A DNA stretch of 64,000 nucleotides, from contig OZ243972.1 of assembly GCA_965214705.1 (NCBI GenBank), forward strand, positions 1,312,001-1,376,000, read 5' to 3'. The first letter of the stretch is position 1; each line of letters begins with the position of its first letter. The notes under the pieces are model-generated. The model ran no database searches. It had not been told where the DNA came from and worked only from the letters and a program-made list of their open reading frames with translations. The translations under genes and the position numbers were made by a program. This DNA comes from Alphaproteobacteria bacterium. Its GTDB lineage: Bacteria; Pseudomonadota; Alphaproteobacteria; UBA828. Shown here piece by piece: positions 10,801-19,321 of the stretch.

Positions 10801-11190
10801 GACGGACTTCTGGTGCGCCGTGAAGCAATCCCAACGGAAGAGCGCGAGCCCGCTTCCGATGAAGGAGACGGCGCGCTCGGGCATCCTGAGGGTTCCGGGC
10901 CGAGCCCGGAGCAGCCCGGAGCGGAACCGATACCGGCCGAGCCGCTTCCGGGACGTTTCTTCGCGAGCATCCCGCTCGAGCCCGAGCGCGCCGGTCTCGA
11001 AGTCGCGCGCATCATGGACGGGCTCCTGGTTGAGCTCACCGGATCGCCAGGGGCGAACATTCGGCTCACACTCGAAATCGAGGGAACGTCAGCCGACCCG
11101 GGTTATCCCAAGGATGTCGTCGAGACGGTCAAGGCCAATGCCCTCGACCTGAAGCTGGATCCGGACTCGTTCGGCTTCGAGGAGAACTGA
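7876..11190 (+). CDS. Swt1-like HEPN domain fused to DUF499 AAA+ ATPase
   Basis: HEPN RxxxxH (ARNSAAH), LRPWREVCEPHPDV, Walker A TNFGGGKTH, Walker B LILMDE, YPLHPEL, FQRTRGILK. Confidence 0.9.
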   Translation: MSGTDTRDAAPAAKQRVERSLEALRTGLGPYVARHMRDRHGNHWRHHASRAQGDEAGGELDVYALLKTVLDNWNDLFRHDAKLRKARSFISLAMDARNSAAHFTGAMTSREALRYLDAMRELAVAVAAERQAKIVEKLYDEQRAANGAGRSPETPALALDEPPAPEALRPWREVCEPHPDVLEARFSDAEFTANLALVDQGEGSEEYVDPAAFFRITYATEGLRRVLTATILRLAGRGGDPVIGLQTNFGGGKTHTMLALHHLAGAADAGYEAHRLAGMAPIFEAAGIDTLDPVKRAVFVGTHKGAAEAMHSEEGREIRTLWGYLAWRLGGWEAVETISASEAAGTNPGSERLIPILRNAAPCLILMDEVVAFARQLRGLEYDAFHAFIQSLTEAAAAAEGVVVVGSLPESGAEVGDEQGRDALRRLEKIFGRVQSAWTPASGIETFEIVRRRLFQPLDEAGEESRDETVRAFRRLYRDNRADFPAGMHDAAYEEQMRRAYPLHPELLRRFSGDWSVLDKFQRTRGILKIMANAVYALWSGESNAPLITPALLPFRDDKVRTALLEPLDRAFGPILQSEVDGDQSLTARIEAQRPRLSRSKAATLAARSVFFATAPHGGAARGGMTGAELRLACAQPGDQIAIFGEALQEIAARSAHLYRDGESYWFSPQPTLNKLAADRARDVSEERADRRIVEILREEQRGRAGFPRVHAAPDNLADIEDRRSTALIMLPPSAPHDAGAGPGSEAAALAREALERRAGGQRQYCNALVFVAADASNVGAARENARRERAWDSIVNDADLRQNLTQAQSTDAQTQAGRSREALRQSIRGAWVHVLYPAPLGEGGGTPAGNARYLIRSTRLVNRGAAKGIPQAVWDKAGTDGTVIGEIGPGNLMRSLDPIWPPDRPHISVDEIRKWFASYVYLPRLRDEATLDGALQRLVEDMASPYAYASAFDEDTGAYEGVIDGKAQLPGGLGDGLLVRREAIPTEEREPASDEGDGALGHPEGSGPSPEQPGAEPIPAEPLPGRFFASIPLEPERAGLEVARIMDGLLVELTGSPGANIRLTLEIEGTSADPGYPKDVVETVKANALDLKLDPDSFGFEEN

Positions 11191-11993
11191 TACAGATCGC
11201 AGGATGCCCACTGCACGCCCCGGGATCGCGATCCTGCGGCCTCCTCGGTCTCGACCGCACCGGATGCCGGGTCTCTCGACGGCCGCAGACCGGTGCGCTT
11301 GTTTGCCGCACGGAGCGCGCGCCGGTGACGACCAGCCATGCGGCGAACCCGTGACGCCGATTGCCGCGGTCTGCCAGCACCCGTCGGGCACTGCGTGACC
11401 TCGTCGCCATCGACGGGCGAAGCCGCCTCCGTCCAGGTTTACGTCGCGCGATGACGGCGTCGAGGCTTTCCGCCGCCGCCGTCGACCGACATGCATCCCG
11501 CCGTCTCCCGTCTCTCATGCCACCGCCAGGGCCGCACGCTGCCGAGAGCGAGAGTCTGGCCGGGAGTGGGCGCGGCGGGTCGCGTCCGGCGAGAGGGCGC
11601 GGCCGCCGTTTCTACCCACCAGCCAGCGGGAGGCGGCACAATGCGGACATCCGGCACTGTCCATCGAAGCGCCAGGACCTTTCTCACTCACTTCTTCGGC
11701 CGCGGCCTCGACGACGAGCGCTATGTCGTCGAGAGGTTCCAGTCCGATTACGAGGGCCAGATCCGGTCCTGGCGTCCCAGCAAGGAGTCGAACGGCGGGC
11801 GGAAGGAGGCACGAAAGGTGATGAGCCTGCGCGCCGTTCAGCGCCTGCGGCCCGAGCGCAACGAAATCATCGTGGCGACCGGGATCGAGCTCGCCGGCGG
11901 GGTACAGCTCTATGGCAACCTCGCCTGCGGTTTGTTCGCCGGCGGCAGGCATCGGTGATGCGTGCCGGGGGCGTCCACATAACGTGAATCTTC

Positions 11994-12185
11994 GCGGGAT
12001 TGGGGGACGGACTGGTGCACCGCCGCCGGAAACCGCCCGGATAAGAGTTGGGTAGGTGCACAGGTGCGCGACCGATGCGAAAAGCGTTCCGACCTGGCAG
12101 GAGCCGGCGCCGAATCCACCATCTGAGGGAGGGCAGGAGATGCGGACAGGAACAGGGTAGATTTCTCGACGGAAACGGCCTCGTC
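11994..12185 (+). mobile_element. Orphan, diverged IS1111-type non-coding right end (donor-binding half of a bridge/seekRNA region)
   Basis: Shares GCGGGATTG, ACCGCCCGGATAAGAGTTGGGTA and AAGCGTTCCGACCTGGCA, collinear with the reverse complement of ~14860-14990. No transposase adjacent. Confidence 0.75.
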
Positions 12186-12302
12186 CCGTGCAGGAATTAC
12201 CAGGAAGGATTGAATGCTGCGAGACGGCGACGAAAATCAGAACGAACTAGCCGCGCCACCGGTGCCCCCACTCCATCAACGGCCTGATTTCCAGCCATAG
12301 CG

Positions 12303-13019
12303 TTACCGGAAGTCCCGGGAGTTGGGAATCACGCGCTGATTGCGCGGGTGACGGGCGGGTGCCCCGGCGAGCCGCCTGCCGCCCTGCGGCGCGGCGCCTT
12401 GGTCCGGCGTCAGCAGGTCGAGCCAGTAGGTCAAATCTTCCAGGTGGGCCGCGACCAGATGGACGATCTCGCCGGCGCGCTGCACCCGGCCCCGCACCAG
12501 CGCGAGGCGCCCGCCCAGCACCGCCCGGCGGTACCGCTCCAGGATGTTGGGCCAGACCACGACGTTCACGGTCCCGCTCTCGTCCTCCAGCGTCATGAAG
12601 ATCACGCCCTTGGCGCTGCCCGGCCGCTGGCGCACCAGCACGAGCCCGGCCGTCGCCGCCCGATCTCCGTCCCGCGCGCGCGCCATCGCCTCGGCCGCAA
12701 GCGCGCCCTGGGCCGCGAGCCGCTCACGCAGGAAGGAGAGCGGATGGGCTCTCAGCGAGAGGCGGAGGGTGCGGTAGTCCTCGACCACCTGCTCGCCGTC
12801 GGCCATGGCCGGCAGCGCCACCGCCGGCTCCGGCTCCTCCCCGCACCGGTCCGCGGCCTCGAAGAGCGGCAGCGGCGGCGCCTTGGCCAGCGCGCGGGCC
12901 TGCCACAACGCCTGGCGGCGCACGAGACCCATGGAACGGAAGGCATCCGCCCCCGCCAGGGTCTCGATGACGGAGGCCGAGATCCCCGCGCGGCGGGCGA
13001 GCGTGCCGATATCGGGATA
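12303..13019 (-). pseudogene. dnaE2: dnaE2/imuC 3' fragment (HhH/OB-fold region), separated by IS insertion
   Basis: YPDIGTLARRAG..LSLRAHPL..GLVLVRQRPGSAKGVIFMTLEDESG..SRDFR. Joins the 5' part across the GATA duplication. Confidence 0.93.
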
Positions 13020-14809
13020 CCCAAGTTGGCACTTTTTCCGGTTGCTCAATGCCGGTCTGCCCATATTTTGCGGACCGAAGTACCACATATTGGGGTGGCT
13101 CCGAGATGATGCCACTATATATGTAATTGAGACGCTGGAAGCGCGTTGTAGTGCCAGGAGTTGTTAGGTATTGACGATTTTCCCTTGACCCCAGACCCCA
13201 AGCCGACAAATCTTGGCCCCTCGCAACAATCTCGCGACGGGCGACATGTTCATCAGGGCAACCAAGACCCACACCACCGACGGCAAGCCCGTCCGAAGCC
13301 ATCGCCTCGTACTCTCCCAGCGCATCGGCGACAAGGTCAGGCAGCGCACGCTCCTCAACCTCGGCACCGACTATCCGGTGCCGAAGGAGAAATGGCGCGA
13401 AGTGGCCGAACTCGCCGAGGCGCTGCTGCACGGCCGCCCGCCGCTGCTCCAAGCCGTCCCGGACGTGCAGGCCGCAGCCGAGGATATCGTCGCCAAGCTC
13501 AGGGCCAGGGGGTTCCGCGTCGAGGCGATGCAGGAAGAGGCGCGCAAGCCCGACATCGCCACCGTCGACCTCGATACCCTGGAGCACGAGAACCCGCGCA
13601 CGGTCGGCTGCGAGCGCCTGTGCCTCAAGGCCCTCGACGCCCTCGGCTTCGCCGAAATCCTCCACGGCCTCGACATCAAGGGCCGCGACGGGCGCATCGC
13701 CAGCGCGCTGATCGTCGCCAGGATGGTCCATCCCGCCAGCGAGCGTGAGACCAGATGCCGTAATGGGGCGCGGCATCAACCGGCACCGTTGGAGCCTGTA
13801 CCGATGACGGCGAATCGGGGTGTCGTTGCCCTTACACGCTGAGCGTGTCCACGGGGTCTTGCCGGAAGGCGCGCCCCAATTCCTCGAAAGAAAAGGGCAA
13901 CGACATGGATGTCTATATCGGGCTGGATGTATCGCTGGCAAGCACGACAATCTGCGTGATCGGCGAGAAGGGCAAGATCGTGACCGAGGCGCAGGTCGCC
14001 AGCACGCCTGAAGCGCTGGTCGTGTTCATGGGCAAGCTGGAGCACGAGATCGCGGCGATCGGTCTCGAGGCCGGTCCCCTGTCCCACTGGCTGCACAAGG
14101 GGCTGACCGACGCCGGCTTCGAGGCCGTGCTGATGGAGACCCGGCGGGTGAAGGCGGCGCTGAAGGCGATGCCGATCAAGACGGATCGGCGGGATGCCGA
14201 GGGCATCGCGCGTCTTCTGCAGATGGGCTGGTTCAGGCCGGTGCACTGCAAGTCGGTATCGTCGCAGGAGATGCGCGCACTTCTGACCTCGCGCAGGTCC
14301 GTGAAGGACGCGCTCACCGATATGGAACTCTCGGCGCGCGGCGTGTTGCGCAACTTTGGCCTGAAGCTGGGCCAGGTCTCGAAGGGCCGCTGGGAGGCCC
14401 GCGTCCGGGAGTTGATCGCGGGCAACGCGATGCTGGAAGCCGCGGCTGAACCGATCCTGAGAGCACGGGTGGCCCTGCGCCGCGAGCTGGCCGGCCTGGA
14501 AAAGCTGGTCCGCGACCTGGCCAGGGAGGATCCGGTGTGCCGGCTCCTGATGACCATGCCCGGCGTGGGCCCGGTCGTGGCCCTGACGTTCACGTCCGCG
14601 ATCGACGATCCCGAGCGGTTCCGGAGATCGAAGGATGTCGGCCCCTGGGTGGGACTGACGCCGGGCCGGGACCAATCCGGCGAGCGAGATATTGTCGGCG
14701 GCATCACGAAGTGCGGCGACGCAGGTCTGCGGGCCGCGCTGTATCAGGCGGCCACGGTGATGCTGAACTGCACCGCCGGGCCGAACTGGCTCTTATGGGG
14801 CTGTAGAAT

Positions 14810-15127
14810 GTCAAACAAGAAATTCAGAACCAGCTACCACATGTGTCGGCCTCCCTGGGTTCGCAGGATCGGCGGCTACTCTTGCCAGGTCGGAACGCTT
14901 GTTGCACCGGTCACACGGCTTTGCGCGTACCCAACTCTTATCCGGGCGGTTGCCAGCGGCGAGACGCTGGCTCCATCCCACAATCCCGCTTGCTGCGGGC
15001 ACAGCGTTCCGGAGGCGGGGCCCATCTGAAGGTCGGCGTCTTTCAGCCCGCCAGTTCTCCGGCCACACGCCACCCGGCCCAGCGCCGGCCGCGTCCGGCT
15101 GACGCAAGAACGGAACGGTCTCACGAT
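14810..15127 (-). ncRNA. Predicted bridge/seekRNA region of element B (boundaries approximate)
   Basis: Non-coding region 3' of the recombinase containing GAACTGGC and CCTTCAG (target halves) plus GGAT and ATAAGAG (donor-junction halves). Confidence 0.7.
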
Positions 15128-16324
15128 TCAGGCGATCCTGGCGCCCGTCGGCACGAGACCGGTTTCAGAGAACCGCCACAAGGCGATGAGCAGCTTCCGG
15201 GCAAGTGCTACAACCATCACTCGACGGATGCGCCCGCGCCCGCCAGCAGTGCGCTTTTCGAACCACTCGCTAAGTGCACTATCGGGCTGATGGCGCAGCC
15301 AGCGCCACGCCATTTCGATGAGTTGAGATCGGACCCAGCCAGGGCCATCTCGGCCGATCCCTTGGTCTCGGTGCGTGTCACCGCTCGCCCACGGGGTTGG
15401 CGCCAGGCCGACCCAGCTCGCGAGTTCGCGGCGGTTTCGGAAGTCGCGATAGAAAATCTCATTGGTGAGCAGGGTCGCATCGTTTTTGCCGATCCCCTTG
15501 AGCCGGGCCAGCGTTGCGATCTTCGCCGCCGCCTGTTTATCGCTCCCCTCCGAGACATCCGTGATCGGGAGGTCGGCTCCCGACCGTGCGACCGCGTCGC
15601 GCTCGGCCTCGACATCTGCGAGCTGTCGTTCCACCAAGGACAACCTCTCCTTGAGCCGCTCGATCTCCATACGCGCCCGCGGCGGGAACGGTGAGCCGTA
15701 CGCGGTCACCACTTCCGCGAACTCCTCCTCGAACTCCTTGGCTCGGGGGGCCAGGTCGAAGACCCCTTGCAGCTTGAGCAGCCCTTTGATCGAGTTCGTC
15801 AGTGAGGTCCGCTCTTTCACCAGCCGCCGACGCTCACGAAGCAGGCGCTTGCGGTCCTCTTCCTCCACGCTCGGCACCCGCACCCGGCTCAGCACTGCAG
15901 CGTCGCCTCGGTCGTGCGCCAGTAGCGCGCGCACCATCTTCTTCGCATCGATCCGATCCGTCTTGCGCTGCTTCGCTTTTCGGTTCACCAGCAGACTCGC
16001 CGGATCGAGCACCACTGTCTCAATGGACATCTCCTGATCTAACCAGCGCACAAGCCAGAAGCCCTGGTAGCCCGCCTCGTAGCAACACAGAACACGCACC
16101 TCTCGGCCGAGAGCCTGTTCAGCCTTGGCTCGCTGCTTCTCGATCAATTCCTTGAGCCCTTCGACCGTCGCCGCGTCCACTGGCCCCAGTGAATGCAGCC
16201 CGATCCGATCACTGGCAGGGCTCTTCACTCCCACCACCCAGCTCTTTCCGCTGATCTCGATGGCAACGTACAGCGTGCTATGCTCTGCGTTGACCGGCGC
16301 GGCGGTCTCGTTCGTTGGGGACAT
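15128..16324 (-). CDS. IS110-family recombinase of element B
   Basis: YVAIEIS, CYEAG, KTDRIDA, GIG, GLAPTPWASG, VVALARKLLIALWR. Confidence 0.93.
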   Translation of the reverse strand: MSPTNETAAPVNAEHSTLYVAIEISGKSWVVGVKSPASDRIGLHSLGPVDAATVEGLKELIEKQRAKAEQALGREVRVLCCYEAGYQGFWLVRWLDQEMSIETVVLDPASLLVNRKAKQRKTDRIDAKKMVRALLAHDRGDAAVLSRVRVPSVEEEDRKRLLRERRRLVKERTSLTNSIKGLLKLQGVFDLAPRAKEFEEEFAEVVTAYGSPFPPRARMEIERLKERLSLVERQLADVEAERDAVARSGADLPITDVSEGSDKQAAAKIATLARLKGIGKNDATLLTNEIFYRDFRNRRELASWVGLAPTPWASGDTHRDQGIGRDGPGWVRSQLIEMAWRWLRHQPDSALSEWFEKRTAGGRGRIRRVMVVALARKLLIALWRFSETGLVPTGARIA

Positions 16325-16553
16325 CTCTTGTCTCCTGATGAGGTCTGGCGAGAACGGCACCGTAGTGCCGGTCTCCGAGTCGGCCCCATAGGATCTGAAG
16401 GCCTGGACGCTGCGTCTGGCGAAGCTCCGTGGCAAGAAGCGTGCGACCGTCGCCTTGGCCCGGCGCATCGGCGTGGTACTTCACCGGATGTGGCGGGACG
16501 GTACCGAGTTCCGCTTCACGCGCGAGGAGGCGATGGCGCTCCAGATGGCATAG

Positions 16554-16975
16554 GCGCGGCTGCATCCCACCGGCAATCAGCAGCGAGAGGAGGAAAGAGC
16601 CGCGCCTGAAGGTGGCGATCCACCGCTATCCCCTCGCCGGGACGCGGTTCCCGATGATGCACGTGCTAGCGGCTGTTGCCGAATCGCCTCTTGGCGTTCG
16701 AGCACGCAGACCAGATCGGCACTCGGGAATCGTCTTGGACCAGGCATGAAGTTGGCAGCCGCTCTGCGCTGACCACGGACGGAAGCGAGAGCCTGGCGAC
16801 GGGGACATATCCGGGGGTCCCGCTTCCTTCACCGTGCCGTGTCGACGAGCCCGTTAGCCGCCAAGGCAACCACCTGTGTCGATCATGTTGACCATGCCTG
16901 CGAGAGGTCCAACCGCAGGCGACGGTGCCCCATGTTCGAATGGCCGTGCCAGGCCGGAACGTTGTGAAGATCGGT
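16554..16975 (+). ncRNA. Predicted bridge/seekRNA region of element A (boundaries approximate)
   Basis: Contains AGCGGCTG and AGACCAG (target halves) plus GGCAT and ACGGAAG (donor-junction halves), among visible stems CCGAT/ATCGG and CGTGCT/AGCACG. Confidence 0.7.
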
Positions 16976-18417
16976 GCTTGACATCAACCGCCCCATTACG
17001 GAAGCCGCTGGCTCCGCCACGACAGCGCGGCCGCCGAGCTCCTGGGGCTGGAGGGCGACCGCAAGGCGCTGCGGCGCAAGACGCTCTACCGCATCGGCGA
17101 CCTGCTCTGGCGCCACCGGGCCGCCATCCAGAGGGAACTGTTCAACCGTGAGCGCGCGCTGCTCGACCTGCCCGAGACGATCGCCTTCTACGATCTCACC
17201 AACGTCCACTACCACGGCCACGCGGGCGGCGAGCTTCCCAGGTTCGGGCGCTCCAAGCAGAAGCGCGACGACTGTCCCCTCATCACGCTGGCGCTGGCGC
17301 TCGACGGCGCGGGCTTCCCGCGCAGTTGCGAGATCCTGCCCGGCAACGTGAGCGAGCCGGGCACGCTGCACGACGCGCTGGCGCGGCTCGAGGCGGTGTG
17401 CGGCGGCACGGCGGCGAAGCCCACGGTGGTCATGGACGCGGGCATCGCCACCGAGGAAAACATCGTCTGGCTGGGCGAGCAGGGCTACGACTGGATCGCG
17501 GTCAGCCGCGGCGCCAGGCCTGCGCCGCCCGAGGGCGGACCCGAGGCCCTGCTGATCACCAGCGCGCGCCACGAGGTGCGGGCCTGGCGGCTTGCCAGCG
17601 AGGACGGCGAGGCGCGGCTCTACGTCGTCAGCGAGGGCAAGAAGAAGGCCGAGAACGCGATCCTCGGCCTGCGGAGGAACCGCTTCGAGGCGGCGCTGCA
17701 AAGGCTCCACGGCGGCCTTGCGGTCAAGGGCCGCCTCAAGCGCTACGACAAGGTGCTGGAGAGCATAGGCCGCCTCAAGCAGCGCTTCTCCGCCGTCGCC
17801 AGGCACTACGAGATCACGGTCGAGAAGGCGGACACCGGCCCCAATGCCACCGCCGTGCGCTTCAAGCGCAGGCCGCGATACGACGAGGCCGATGAGGGCG
17901 CGGGCGCCTATGTGCTGCGCACCAGCCACGTCGACTGGGATATCGAGACGGTCCTGCGGACGTACTGGCGGATCACGGATATCGAGGCGACATTCCGAAG
18001 CCTGAAATCCGAACTCGGCCTTCGCCCGATCTGGCACCAGCTCGACCGGCGCATCGCGGCCCACCTGCTGATCGCCGTGCTGGCCTACCACGCCGTGCAT
18101 CTGATCCGTACCCGGCTGGCCGCGCGGGACATCCACAAGTGCTGGGCATCGATCCGCGAGAGCATGCGGACCTGGGTGCGGATCACCACGCGCCTGCGCC
18201 AGACCGACGGCACCTTGATCGTCAATCGACAGGACACGCGCCCGGCCGCCGAGGTTGCCGCAATCTCCTCGGCGGCGGGCGTGGAACCCGCCATCCACCG
18301 CACGAGGACCCGCCTGCCGAACTGACAGAATCCAACAAAATGTAGTGCCATGTTGGAATCGGCCGAGAGAAATATCGCGTTACATCAACACGATAAAGGA
18401 CATGGGTAGGACAAAAG

Positions 18418-19309
18418 GTAGAGTCGAGGACTGGCGCGCCTGCTGTAGGGTCCGGTGGCAATTCCGCCGCTTTCGCTGCGGGCCTCAATCCGGCTCCCTT
18501 GGCCGCGTTTCCGGTCCCCGCTCTCCGAACCCGGCGTGCCCATTTCGAGCACCGAGCTCTCCAGTGGGATCATGCATCTCGCACACAGGCAAAGCTCGCG
18601 ACGATGGCGCACGTGATCGGAACCTCCGATCCGGTCGCAAGGGTGCGCTCCCCTCAACCATCGCGGTCCATTCGTCGTCCGCCTTGACCGCCGGGCCTGT
18701 CGATGCCCCGGCGGTGCCGCGCAGATTTGCTCCGGGCGGCCCCTTCGCTTCCATTTGCATGTGATGCCGCCGGGATCTCCGGCCATTCTCGGGGTTACAG
18801 GCTTAGCCACTCCCTGGCCCTTCTCCCTTCAAGGCACCCCTCCACGCCTGAGGCCCCTTTCCTCGGCCGGCATTACCCGGCGTCCTCAGTCTTACGGGCC
18901 TCTCCGCCACCCTGACGGCCCGGCCTGTCCCTCGCGGGCTTCCGGTTGATGTGCGCGCACCACCGTCAGGGCTTCCCGTGTTGCTGCTCTCTTCCTCTTC
19001 CGTGCGTGCCGGCGCCACTACCCCGGCGAGCCGCGATCGGTGCGCATGTCGCTCTCTTCCCGATCAGCGACGGTCTTCCCCTTTTGGCAGGAGGGTCGAC
19101 ACTCGCATTACCCGTTTCGAGGCCTGCTCAGCGTTCACTCACGTTCCGGCCCGCACGGTCGCTGAGCCACCCAACGGTGGCCCTTTTCCACCAAGGTGCT
19201 TCAGCCCATGTCGTCACCTCCATGAACCGCCCTGGCTGCTACCAACCGGAGCGACAGTTGTTGGGCGGGATTCGCACCCGCTGAAAGAGAGCGCCTTTCC
19301 ACGGCGCAC
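18418..19309 (-). ncRNA. ORF-less group II (IIB-like) intron, 892 nt
   Basis: 5' GTGCG at 19309; 3' ..CTCGACTCTAC at 18418; domain V-like GAGCTCGGTGCTCGAAATGGGCACGCCGGGTTC; conserved AACACGGGAAGCCC and GCGGAGAGGCCCGTA blocks. Exon joining restores the IS TIR. No RT ORF. Confidence 0.9.
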
Positions 19310-19321
19310 TGCCAACTTGGG

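Larger units (their letters stand above)
14792..16394 (-). mobile_element. IS110-family (IS1111-type) element B, apparently intact, inserted in element A
   Basis: Subterminal IRs TATGGGGC / GCCCCATA. CT (AG in element sense) core at 14790-14791 and 16395-16396. Confidence 0.9.
13905..16553 (+). pseudogene. IS110-family recombinase of element A, interrupted (13905-14791 joined to 16397-16553)
   Basis: YIGLDVS, GLEAG, KTDRRDA (DEDD), GVGP, GLTP..QSGE. Removing element B restores PNWLKAW..VALARRIGVVLHRMW. Confidence 0.92.
13755..17002 (+). mobile_element. IS110-family (IS1111-type) element A, inserted in the IS1634 transposase gene
   Basis: Subterminal IRs CCGTAATGGGGCG (13758-13770) and CGCCCCATTACGG (16989-17001). 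AG core repeated at both junctions (GAGACC-AG-CCGCTGG restored on removal). Long 3' non-coding region. Confidence 0.9.
13246..18325 (+). pseudogene. IS1634-family DDE transposase, interrupted (13246-13754 joined to 17005-18325)
   Basis: Both parts are collinear and near-identical to the intact copy at 56435-58267 (FYDLTN, VVMDAGI, IEATFRSLKSELGLRPIWH). Confidence 0.92.
13020..19321 (+). mobile_element. IS1634-like element, copy 1 (contains two nested IS1111 elements and a group II intron)
   Basis: Left TIR CCCAAGTTGGCACTTTT at 13020. Right TIR (GGACAAAAG|TGCCAACTTGGG) is split by the intron. 4-bp TSD GATA at 13016-13019 and 19322-19325. Confidence 0.9.

Noticed and set aside
7834-10884. Very long alternative ORFs (e.g. 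7834-10884 -, 19518-22112 +, 40788-43100 +, 49308-52481 +, 56357-58576 +)
   Set aside because: Shadow frames of motif-bearing genes in high-GC DNA; Arg/Pro/Gly-rich with no recognisable motifs.
11491-11958. ORF upstream of the orphan IS end as its transposase
   Set aside because: No DEDD or C-terminal IS110 motifs; may be a gene remnant, left uncalled.
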